From Blastocystis sp. Blastoise (taxonomy: Eukaryota > Protista > Bigyra: Opalinata): a stretch of DNA of 64,000 nt. The translations under genes were made by a program, and so were the position numbers. Where the stretch lies: NCBI GenBank assembly GCA_039096225.1, contig JBBPEB010000021.1:996145-1060144 (forward strand), written 5' to 3'. This document shows, one piece after another, positions 18,066 to 30,955 of this stretch (its first letter is position 1; every line of letters starts with the position of its first letter). Under the pieces are notes generated by a model that was not told the DNA's origin, searched no databases, and was given only the letters and a program-made list of their open reading frames with translations.

Positions 18066-18876
18066 ACATAAATAACAATTCAAACAACTATTATTCTTTC
18101 AATATACTTTTTATATAATTAACTTTTCCAGTCTGTTTTCTTTTTTTTTATTACTTTTCTATTTTTTTTTACTTTGATGTGACGTAAGCTGTCATTTACA
18201 TTCCTATTCTCCATTTTCAATAAGATTTTTTTTATTTTCCATTTTAAAAATTAATCATTTATTTCCATTATCTATGGATAAACTCTATTCTTTCGTTTAC
18301 TTAATAGATATTATGATTTCTTTGGGATTCTCACGTTAATGGACTCATAATTGTGTACTTTTTATATTTTCAATATGAATAACTCAATGATATGGCTCTA
18401 TTTCAGTGAAAAACGCAATAATTAATGAAAAAAAAACAAAATCAATTCTTCATTGTCATAAATTATATTAACTAATATTATGAATAGAATACACATATAC
18501 TATATATCATCATTCTTCTTTCTAGCCATTATCAATAAACTCATTAAAAAAACATAATTTTCAAAAGTCAAGATTTCATAATTATTAGAAGGTAGATATA
18601 TCATAAAGTTTATCAGGACTAGGAAATAAATATAAAACCTTTCTAGTATCCTCAATCTATTAAAAAAACTAAGCAAAACAAATAAAAAAAAACGAACTTT
18701 AAAAAAAAAATACTAGGGTTCACAGAATGAAGATAATCATGGGGATTTCATTATATATACACAGATTTATTGGCTGTTTTTATAGAATATTCTATCATTT
18801 TTCCTGCATTTTTCTTTTTCTTTTAGTAAAAGATATATCTACATTTTAATTATTATTTAATTAGTATTCAATTATT

Positions 18877-19527
18877 ATGAGCGCTCCTTGTGATAGACGT
18901 ATTAAGGCTGATTACCTTCTTCTTCAAAAGAAACCTTTAGAATATGCTACTGTTACTTTAGAAGATAACTTAAGAGTTTGGACTGTTAGTATTATGGGAC
19001 CTATTGATTCTCCTTATGAAGGTGGTACTTTCCAAGTTCAATTAACTTTCCCTGATAATTATCCTCATAGAGCTCCTGAAGTATATATTGTCTCTTTTAT
19101 TAGCTGATTTTTTTATTATATATACTATTTTTATTATCTCATTCTTGATGAACTTCCAGTTATTATTCATTTTTTTATAGATTAAGTTCATTACTAAGAT
19201 CTATCATCCTCTTATTGATCATAAGACTAATGATTTCTGTCCTGAAGAAATTGTTAGTGCTTGGAAACCTATTTTCCATGCTGATTTTGTTATTTCTACT
19301 ATTTATAAGATGTTAGAAGTATGTTATTTTATTATTATTTTTATTATTATCTTTATTTTTTTATTATTTTATTATTATTATTATATAAATTCTACATTTA
19401 TTATGTTTAGAATCCTTCTATCTATCAACAAAAGGGTCATGATGATGATATTATGTTCCAAATCAGAGAATCTTATGAAAAATTTGTTGAAACTGCTAAA
19501 CAATGGACTGAAAATGAAGCTATGTAA
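18877..19527 (+). CDS. Ubiquitin-conjugating enzyme E2 (UBC fold), 3 exons
   Basis: WTVSIMGPIDSPYEGGTFQVQLTFPDNYPHRAPE|IKFITKIYHPLIDHKTNDFC...WKP...|...AKQWT. Confidence 0.92.
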
Positions 19528-20354
19528 AGATAATCTGTTTACCTATCTGATAATAAAGATTATTGTCGCAAAATAGTCTTGCTTAAATATATTTATCTAT
19601 TTTTTTCTTTAAATAAATAAAGTGTTCATTGCTTTCTTTTTAATGATTCTATGTTTTTCTAAATATTTTAATAGGTTTTTATATATATTTTTATGTATAT
19701 GTATTATTTATATTTTGTCTTGTTTGTAGACGTTAATATTTGAATGTTGCCTGTTTTTCTTTTGTTAATATGATAAAATACCATAAGTAGTTTATAATAT
19801 ATATATATGAATAACAAAAGAATCTAGAAATATAAATAATGTTTTTTACTAAGAATAATGAGTTTAATAGAATAAAGAAAACAGTATTGAATGTGGAAAT
19901 AGAGCAAAGTATTCACATAAATAAATAGTATATATAAAGAAAAGAATGAAATATATACAGTAAATAATTATTTTTTAAAAAGCAAAGTATTTTAATATAA
20001 TGATAATAATGAAAAGAATATTTAGAGATAGAGTATAAAGAGAATAAGAATAATGAATTAAATGAAGAAAAAAAAGTTCATATATATAATAGTTCTATAG
20101 ATAAAGATATTATATAATGATATATATATATAAGCAAAGAGTATGTATTAGCAAATAAATAAAAAAGTAAATAATTATATGAATGATGACAATAGAAAGA
20201 TAAAATAGAGTATATACTATATATAGAATACAAAAAGAATATTTATATAATGTAAATATATACGTATATTGTAATACATATATAGATATATAGATATGAA
20301 TATATATAAATAGATATGAAAATATATGTATATATATATATAAGAATAATAATA

Positions 20355-20834
20355 TTACATTTGTGTTAACGGAACTTCTAAGAGAGGTGCGTTGAGAGGG
20401 ACTCCATAACGATGATCATTTTGATTGGAGGATTGATGGAATCGTAACGGTAAATAAGAATAAAAAGAAATACAATTATAGGCAATACATGAAAGACACT
20501 ATAAGGAATATATAGATATAATGAATAGAGGAATAGAGGAATAGAGGAATAGAAGAATTAGAAGGATTAGAAGGATTAGAAGGAATATAATGAGTATATA
20601 GAATATATATAAATATGGTAAAAGGTAATAAAATAGAGAACATATAGAAAATACCATAAGAATAAAGAAGAATACAAAAGCTATTATAGCAATTTCCAAT
20701 GTTCCAAAAGATTTCATTCTTGCACATACTCCAAAACAATCTGTTGCATAAGGATTAATAGAAGAACAGCCATTCGTGAGGTCTGCAGCTGATATATAGG
20801 GATTATAATAACTACGTATCTATATATATATATG

Positions 20835-20879
<45 letters not shown>

Positions 20880-20884
20880 TGAGA

Positions 20885-20923
<39 letters not shown>

Positions 20924-22186
20924 GACAACAACTAGATATAACAATAACTATATATATATATGTATATAACTATATATATATATACATGTATAGAGATAGG
21001 ATTCATCTGTGAGTTAGACCATCGAAAGGGACTCCAACGAAAATCAGATCCCGGCTCACAACCAACCTCCTGGAAACTATATATATATATACATATTATA
21101 TATATATATAATTAATAATATAGAGAATAATAATATAATAAAATTAAAAAAATAATAATAAAATAGTATATATAGTCAAATAATATAAATATAAATACTA
21201 AAACAATAAAAATATAAATTCAAAAATAATATAAATATAAATAGTACAACAATTTCATAATACATTATATATACAACACAATATAAAAGATATATTATCA
21301 TATAAATATAAATATAAATATATAAATATATATATATATATATAATACTGTTCATTGTCTATACTATATCGTCCATATTGATTGATTACTCTAAGACATA
21401 TTCCCAGTAAGTACTCTTGTACTATACATACATTGGAGGACCATTCTCCTTCTAAACTATGACATTTCTTTACACATTCTGTACTATATAGTTATATATA
21501 TATTATTATTATCTTAATATATAAAAATAGCATAATTAATTTAATAATATATAATCCTATATAATATTTTTAAAAAATGAAAAATATATGTAAATAAATA
21601 ATATATTGATAATAACATACGAGCTTTCAGGATTGCAATTAAGTTCTACATTTGTATAGACTCTTGTTCGTTTGAAATTAATTTCTTGACTCCAAATAAT
21701 AGTTTTATTGAAATATACTGATAAGATTTGTGGTGTAGAATAATAATTGAATGTTCCTTTATAATACAACTCATCCGTATCTATACATCCCTCTGGAGGG
21801 TCATATTCACAATCACAAGTATCTCTTATGGGCCAATTATAACCAAATTTTGTAGGTATTGAAACACATTGAGACGAATAGCCATTCATCTCGGCAGTAA
21901 AATGTTGTTTTCTGAATGCATCAATATCAACATTATTCCAATATCTTGCTCGTTCGTTGTATCTATCATAATTCATAATAAAAATTTATAAAAAAAATGT
22001 TATAAAATACAATTGTAATGACGTAGATCGTTGATTTTTGTTGCTTGCAGAGTAATAGAAGAACAAGGCAAATAATGGCGGTATGACAATACACAAACCC
22101 AAGATAATACAAATAACATTAGTAACTAATATTGCAGTACCATGTTTCTTATGGCATTCTCCATTGACAGATTCAAGTTTCCTCAT
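20355..22186 (-). CDS. Uncharacterised two-TM protein with a large Cys-rich extracellular/luminal loop, about 6 exons
   Basis: TM1 VICIILGLCIVIPPLFALFFYY. In-frame GT-AG exons give YNERARYWN...CDCEY...C, ECVKKCHSLEGEW..C...ICLRV, GGWCEPG and NPYISAADLTNGC...CFG, then TM2 IAIIAFVFFFILMCLSCIAY. TAA at 20355-20357. Confidence 0.75.
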
Positions 22187-22819
22187 TCTTTAGTATCTCA
22201 ATTATTCTATTTAAAGACGTATATATGAAATAATATACTAAAATAGTATAAGTTGAATAGAACCGCTTCTTTGAGGAATTTTTTGAACAAATAAAAAATA
22301 TATTGTATATAAGTGTTTTTATAGAATGAATAGTATCATCTGCTTTTTAAATACTCAATTATTTATTATTGTATAACTCAAAGATTGTTCTATCTATATT
22401 AGCAATTTCATTTTATTTTAACAACATTTAGCATTTAGGTATTTGAGTATTTTAGTCTATTTTAAAAAATTGATGTTACGAGAATGATTCTGGAACTATG
22501 GATAATACAACATTATTCCTCTTTACAGTTATCATTCTTTTTTTGGTTGTCCATTAAGTATTCCTTCGATTAATGTAGTTTATTTTTCATATACAGGTGG
22601 TGAGATTTTGTGTGTTTAAAAAAAATGTTGAAGGATCAATAGTTATGAAAGCGAAGATTTTGTGATTTTGTGGTTTTGTGATTTATGAACTCTTTTTGAT
22701 TTAAATAGTAGGATCAAGACATCCAAATAGATATAAGAAAAGGATATTTGATGGTGATTTTGATATTCTTTAAAATAGATGGTTCATCTATTTCAGTTTT
22801 CTACTATTAAGAAATAGCG

Positions 22820-24714
22820 ATGAGTTCTTCTTTAAATTCTATATCTGACTCTGATCTAGTTCACCTTCGAAAGTATTGAATAATATTTTAAATTATAAAT
22901 ATTTTTCTTAAAATATATTAAATATAAAGGATTTATACACTTCCTACAGGGAAAAAGAATGATAATGTTGTGAATTCTATAGAGAGTCTTGTTGATTTGA
23001 AGATACCAAAGAATCTATATACATATCGTACTGAATATTATGATCAGATGATTCATCGAAATAATAAGAAATTCATGAAAGTATATACAATATACTATAT
23101 TGATAATATATATGTATATAGGGATATATAAAACGATATGAAAATGAAAGAATTAAGAATATTACATATAAGTATTATAAAGAATCAAATGATCAGGTAT
23201 ATATATATATATTATTATTTTTGTTATATAAGTTCTTAATAAGAATATATATGTAGTTATAATATATATATAAATTTATATAGTATATTTTATCTTCATC
23301 TATCAAAACATCAGATATGAGTATGTTATATATATATAAACTTTAATTGTTCTTATATATATGTAGATTATTGTGTCTTTCACTCTTCAAAAATTCTGAG
23401 ATTTGATGAAGATGTTTGGAATCAACCTCATTCGTATATATTATATATATAAATTATGATTATAATTATTATTTTTATATGTATTATGCTTTTATATAAT
23501 ATATTATTTATTATAATATATATTTGAATTATGAGTTTTAAATATATTATTTCTTATTAATTATAAAGTGTAGATTATAAATTATTATTATTATCATTAT
23601 TGTTATTATTATTATTATTATAATTTTTATTATTATTATCATCATTTTTATAATTATAATTATAATTATAATTATTATTAAGCAAATAAGCATAATAATA
23701 ATAATAATAATATATAGCGGTGACATAGCTATTTTAGAGAAAGGTCTAGAAACAGGTGTTTATATATTAAGAAGATACACACGCCTCACCAAAAGTGTAT
23801 ATATATATTAAGAGTTTTTATATATATATTAAGAGTTTTTTTATATACATGAAAGATATAATAATGTGTGAATAATATATATATAGTTATCAAAACGAAA
23901 AGATGACATTATGTTAATTTATATATCTCCAGATATTTGTCAAGGAGTATATATATATATATATAACATATATAATATATATATTTTTAGGTTCCACCCA
24001 GTGTTCATATACATATATTACCATTTTCTCTTCAATATAATAAGAAATATAATCCAAAATATTCACTTTCTCCTTTAGAATCTATATGTGTCTATAACTA
24101 TATTGAAGATATAGAATATCATCCTTCTAAAGAATGTTCTACAGAGTCAAACTCTTCTTTAATTAACTCTATTAAACAAACTACACATTATTTATGGTCT
24201 CAACTTGTATTTATATTCTTAGCTATATAAAGAAATATATATATTAAATATATATATTAAATATATATTATAATTTATAAAAAAAATGAATTATATATAT
24301 ATTTATAATATAATTAAATAGAGTTTAGAGCCAGATCATGATGAAGAAAAGAAGAATGTTATTCATATGAAAAACAAAGAAATAAGTATATATATGTATA
24401 TATGATTATATATATGATTATATAGGTTTTGATCCAATTAAATATGAATGGAAATATGATTTTGGAGATCGATCTTCTGTTCCTTATTTATATGAAACAA
24501 TTCTTGAATATTATGTATGCTATTCATTTATTATAAATATAATTTTTTTTAGAGTCCTAACTGTAAAAAGTATTTAGAAACTCTTAGAATAAGTAAAAGA
24601 GATTTCGATCTATTTAATCTTGACATATATACGTTGCTAACTCCTCTCCAAGGATTTGCCGTTTTCATGGCTCTTCAACTCTATGAAATCGAAAACAAAA
24701 ATTCACCTTTCTAA
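22820..24714 (+). CDS. Divergent Tubby-like protein (Tub C-terminal domain), about 11 short exons; absent from the ORF track
   Basis: Exons chain in frame through GT-AG introns. The C-terminus VIHMKNKEISFDPIKYEWKYDFGDRSSVP...LRISKRDFDLFNLDIYTLLTPLQGFAVFMAL parallels Tubby LhNKaP.W...y.LNF.GRVt.aS...LQFGKv..D.F.MDy.yPLs.lQAFAI.L. Confidence 0.72.
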
Positions 24715-25103
24715 ACAAATATTTCAAACAATTTATATATTAATATGAAATAGTATTTGAATTGTAAACTAAGCCATATAAATTATTTATCCTTGTATTT
24801 ATTTTTTTTGTGATTGTGAATTGTATAGTGCTAATTAATATCTTGATTTATTTTCTTGAATTATACTCATAGTCTTGTGATTATTACAATATAATATCAT
24901 GAAAAATAAAACAATAATTCATAAAAATTGACAATTACATAAAAGAAATACATATTTACTATTCAACTTATGTTCCCATATATATGTATAAGTAAATTAA
25001 AATATAAATTGATGCACTAGCTGATCAGATAGTGATTAAATCAAAGAATCAACAACAACAAAAAATGGATTAAAACTAGTTAATTTTGAAACTTGTGATA
25101 GAA

Positions 25104-25115
25104 TTTCGCGGCTTT
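25104..25115 (+). promoter_or_regulatory. TTTCGCGGCTTT, E2F/SCB-like promoter motif upstream of NOG1
   Basis: The identical 12-mer recurs at 57601-57612 in another promoter, and CGCG is very rare in this window. Confidence 0.45.
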
Positions 25116-25252
25116 TTTATGTGTTTCTTTATAACTTTAATTCACTAAATGAATGCTCCAACTCTACATTCAGCAAAAGAGCTTTGCTTATTTGGATTTA
25201 AACATATATATTTGTGATACATTCATATTTAATATATTGATTCTATTATATA

Positions 25253-26145
25253 ATGAACAGTAATTATAACTTCCAATATATGACTCATGTGCCTAATGGT
25301 ACGGAGATGGTCGATATTGTTCTTTCTAGAACCCAAAGAAGGACCCCTACCGTCATCCACCCTGGGTATATAATATTGAAATCGAGATAATACTATCAAT
25401 TTTTATAGTTATAAGATTAAGAGAATTCAAGCTTTCTACATGAGAAAGGTGAAGTATACTCAATCTACTTGTATTGAAAAATTACAACTTATCATTGATG
25501 AGTTCCCTCATTTAGATGTATTTATATATTTTTATTTTTATGTCATAACTTTTCTTATAGGATATTCATCCTTTCTATGCTCATCTTATTAGCGTTCTCT
25601 ATGATTGTGATCAATATAAACTAGCTCTGGATCAGATTAATACCGCTAAAGATATTATTACCAAAATTGGTCAAGATTATATCTGTTTACTTGAATACAG
25701 TGATACATTATACAAATGCAAGCAATTAAAACATGCTGGTCTTGGTAGGTATGTGGTATTTTTATTTTAATGGCTTTATTTTTAATACAATTAAATTTAT
25801 TTATATATATATATATATAATTTAATTATATATATGTATATAGAATGTGTACTGTTTTAAAGAAGTTGAATAGTTCTTTATGTTATTTAGAAGAATTTCG
25901 TAAACATTTAAGCCGTTTACCTGCTATTGATCCTAAATCACGTACTTTAATTCTTTGTGGTTTCCCTAATGTAGGTAAAAGTAGTTTTATGAATACAGTT
26001 ACTAGAGCTAATGTAGATGTTCAACCGTATTTTATTTATTATATATATATATATTTCTTATTTCTTATTTATTTATTATTTTTTGTTGTTGTTGTTATTA
26101 TTATTAGTTATTATTATTTTTTAAAAATCATTCAATAAACACTTA

Positions 26146-26201
<56 letters not shown>

Positions 26202-26726
26202 GCTTTCACTACAAAGAATTTGTTCTTGGGTTATATGGATTATAAGTCCTTAAGATGGCAAGTTATTGATACTCCCGGTATTCTTGATCATGATCTTGAA
26301 GAAAGAAATGTATATTATTATATTTATTTTTACTATTTTTATATTATATTTATTATATTATAGACAATTGAAATGCAATCTATTATTGCTTTAGCTCATC
26401 TTCATTCTTGTATATTATATTTCTTAGATATTTCCGAACAATGTAATTATACTCTTGAAGATCAAGTATATATTATTATTTTATATTATTATTATATATT
26501 ATTATGTTTATTATGTTTATTATTATTATTATAGCTCTCTTTATTGCGTAATATTCGTCCTTTATTCTCTGGCAAGCCTTTATTCCTTGTATGTACTAAG
26601 ACTGATGTTCTTCGTTTAGATCAATTAGATCCTGAACATAGAGCTATGGTTGAACAATCAGCTAAAGACACTGAAGCTACTCTTATGCATATTAGGTATG
26701 CTTTTATTAATATTATACTTATTATG

Positions 26727-26789
<63 letters not shown>

Positions 26790-27576
26790 TATATATTATG
26801 TTTATTATTATTATTATATATAGTTCTCTTAAGCAAGAAGGTATATCTGAATTACGTAATACTGCTTGTGAACAGTTATTTCAATTACGTATAAGTACAA
26901 AGATGAGTTCTAAGAAGGTTAAGACTGATACAGAGATGTTGAATGTAACTATGCCTCAGAAACGTGATGATATTGACCAACCTGTATGTCTACCTAAACA
27001 ATTAAAGATATTACGTGATCAAAATGCTCAAACTAAGACTGTGGTGAATACAGGTAGAACAGGTAGAGATGAACAAAAAGATATGGAAGAAGAAAGAGAT
27101 GCTAGTGGTGTTGAAAGAAGAAAAACGCAAAAGGAAATCCAATGGGAACATAGTGGGTATATATGTATTAGTATTTTATGTTTATTATGTTTATATTATT
27201 ATATTTATTATATTATTATATTTATTATATTTATTATATTTATTATTATTATTATTATTATAATTATTATATTATTATGATTATATTATTTTTATATTTA
27301 TTATATTATTATATATATATTATAATTATATTATAATAAAAATAATTATAATATCCACAGTTCTGATGTATATGCTATGGACTTAGCTGAGCATTATGAG
27401 GGAATGCTTCAAAATATGGAATGGATACATGATATTATGAATGGACACAATATCGCCGATTTCAATGATCCTAATATTGAACAACAATTAACTGTATTTA
27501 TATAATACATTATTATTCATTATTATTATTATTATTATATTTATTATTATTATTATTATATTTATTATTATTATAC

Positions 27577-27608
<32 letters not shown>

Positions 27609-27744
27609 GGAATTAGAGAAGGAAGAATTAGATTTATCTGCTTTAGATGGTATTGAAACAGAAGTTCCTCTTACTGAATTAAATCAATGGATATTAGAAA
27701 CTTCAAAAACAGTTAAAGATAAGAAAACTGTCTTACAACTATAG
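25253..27744 (+). pseudogene. NOG1: Nucleolar GTP-binding protein 1 copy, degenerate and 3'-truncated (probable pseudogene or relaxed paralogue)
   Basis: [36 protein letters not shown] and NGHNIADF are present. However, many invariant residues are changed, the conserved IPE of the DIIPEI motif is deleted, and TAG at 27742-27744 removes the conserved C-terminal region. Confidence 0.75.
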
Positions 27745-28681
27745 AGATGATAGGTTAAGTAATAAGACTTCTATTACTTCATATAATTACAGTAAATTAC
27801 CGTAATGAGTAGTTATGAAGAACGGAATGAAAAATAAATAAATACAAATAAAATATCGCTATTATTCTTATGTTTTCAGCGTCATAGAAAAACGAAAAAA
27901 AAAACGTTTTTCCAATGATTTCTTTATTAGCCAATTTGTATTGTTTAAATTAGTGGTTCATTTAGAGTTGACTAAAAAAAATCTTTGATAATAAGTCTAT
28001 ATGAGTATATAGAAAGAATCTGCTTTTATTATGTTAAGACAGAAATATTCGTAGGTGATTTATAAAAGGAATAGTAATAAGGTTATTAATTGTATTTATG
28101 ATCAATTTATACGTTAATACATTGATATAAAACATTTCATAGATTTTGAACCGAGTTATGTCAACACGGCTAATTTATTTTCATTCATTCTACGTTAAAA
28201 ACTATATAATAATATAGATTAACAACAAAAGATAGTAATATATCATTTAATGAAAATATTGTAAATTAAGAGCATCTTCTTTGATTTGTTGTGTTTTTTT
28301 TTTGAAATAAATATATACTCAACGTATGATAAATAGAAAAATATTGCATATTTCTTGATAAAATAGTTGTCATTCGTTAGAATCAATTAATTCACCTCTT
28401 TTCTTTTTAAAAATTCATTTACGTAATTTATAGATCATGCTATAACATATTCATGGAGAATAATGTACTTTAGAGTAGCCTAGAATGAAAAACAAGCTGT
28501 TTCCATAATTGCAAAAATTTCCATTTTATTACTGAGAAAGAAATTGTAATTCAATAATTCGTTAACAAAAAAACAACCATTCATTTTCCTTCAGACTCAC
28601 GGTTATTTTGGTAAAAAAAAAAACAAAGTTCATCTTTTAACTATAATAGCTATTATTCTGTTATTCATATAAAGTAAAAAA

Positions 28682-30920
28682 ATGGCTAGAAGAGATAAAA
28701 AGCAATCAAAGGAGCAAAATAGGGTGGTTCCTGAGTATGTTTTAAAGATTATCTTATTATTACTTATTTAATCTGATGAATTTGATAGTAAATTTATTTA
28801 ATATGACTTGTATATAGTGAAGAAATAGAGAATATTCCTGATATGGCGACCTATAAGTGTGATGGCAAATGGATTCCTTCAAATTTTGATTTTACATTAA
28901 ATGACAAGAATGGTGTAGGTGGTTTATTAGGTGTTGAAGTATTTAATGGTACTTTTGAAGATTTCAATAAAGAACAAAAGACAAAATCAGAAAAAAAACC
29001 TAGTGAAAAATCTAGTTCAACTAATGATGATGATTTTGAGGTTATAGCTGTTAATGAGAATGAAGGTGAAGAAGAAGATATGAATGAAGATTCTATGTTC
29101 CTTGAAGATGAAGAAGAGAAGAAGGATAAGAAAGAGAATAAGAAAAATAAAGAAGAAAAAAAGGATAAGAAAGAGAATAAGAAAGAAAAGGATAAGAAAG
29201 AAAAGCCAGTTAAACAAGAGAAACGTATAAATCCATTTGATGTTGATGATGAAGAAGAAGAAAAAGAAGAAGATAAAAAGAAGAAAGAAAAGAAGGAGAA
29301 AGATAAGAAGAAAAGACTTTTCGTTGATGAAAATGGAAAAGAATATGATACTAGTAAGATTATTCATTGTGATGTTTGTAATATGGATATTAAAGGAGAA
29401 AATATATGGCAACAACATATTCAAGGAAAAAAACATTGTAAAAAAGTATTATATATATATATATTGTTTATATATTGTTTATATGATTATTGTTATTATT
29501 AATATAATAATAATAATATATATATAGGCAGGTATACCTGTTCCTGAGCAAAAGAATCATAATGAATTCCATAATAGTATATTATCCAAGTCTGCAAAGT
29601 CTATAGAGGGAATGACTCAGATAGATCATGATATAGATCATTTAGAATTAGAAGATAATGATTATTTAAATAGTGATTATGATGAAGATGAAAATAATAA
29701 TAATAATAATGAGAATGATGATACTATGTCTATTTCTGAAGAAGAAGAAGAAGATGCTAAAGATTTTGATATTGATGCATATTTTAATGAGGATAATAAT
29801 GATTCAGATATAGAAATAGAAGAAGATGATAAGACTGGTAATAATGTTGATGTTATTTATGAAGATGTAGAAGAAGATAAAGAAGAAGATGTAGAAGAAG
29901 AAGAAGAAGAAGAAGAAGATAAGAAAGAAGAGAAGAAAGAAGAGAAAGAAGTTCTATCTAATGAGAATGATAGTAAACATCGTGAACATATAGAAGTCAC
30001 AGAGAATACTGATTTTACTCAATGTACTTTATGTAAACTTCATTTTACTAATAAGAATCAATATTTTATGCATCAATATTCTAAACTTCACAAGAAGAAT
30101 GTGGCTTCTCAAGGAGTACCTAAAGAGGTTACTGCTGAAAAGAAGACTGAAAAGAAGGCTGAAAAAGAAGTTGAAAAGGAAACTGAAAAAGTAACTGACA
30201 ATAAAACTGAAAATAAGAATGAAAAAAAAGTTGAAAAGAAAGTTGAAAATAAGAATGAAAAACCTAAAGCTAAGACTCAATCTGAAAAAGATGAAGAGCG
30301 TAAGAAGAAGAAGCAAGAGGAAATTGAGAATATTCGCGGGACAAAGGAAGCTAAAGAATTATATACAGGTATAGCTTGGGAAGATTTATATATACCTGAA
30401 AATATAATATCAACATTAAAGAAATATAATTATAATCGTCCAACCGATATTCAAGTACAATGTATAAGGGCCTATGGTAAAGGAAATGATATATTAGGCG
30501 CTGCTCCTACGGGTAGTGGTAAAACATTAGCTTTCTTATTACCTATTATTATGGATATATTAAAGAATAAGAAGAGAGAAGAGAAAGAACAATATATAGA
30601 GAATAATAATAATAAAGAAGAAGAAGAAAAGAAGAAGAGTATGGAAATAGAAGGAGAAGAAGATCATAATAAGGAAGATAAAGAGAATACTGAATTATTA
30701 CCTCATTTGAAATTCCTTGAGAAATTCCAAAAAGTAGATAAGAAGAAAGACTGGAAAATAAGTAGTATTTTGTGTGCTCCTACACGTGAATTATGTGTCC
30801 AAACATATAACGTTTTACAACAACTTACAAAAGATCTTAATATTACGTATATATATAATATTTTTTTTAATATTATTCTTTTTTTAAGAATTTTAATATT
30901 ATATAATGTATATTTTTTAT

Positions 30921-30955
<35 letters not shown>

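Noticed and set aside
28735-28817. Intronic C/D snoRNA in DDX24 intron 1 (TGATGA)
   Set aside because: No downstream D box (CTGA) or terminal stem.
29017-30316. Phe/Leu-rich antisense ORFs that look like membrane proteins (also 1486-1689, 48106-48312, 51734-51991)
   Set aside because: Shadows of Lys/Glu-rich coding sequence or A-rich non-coding DNA.
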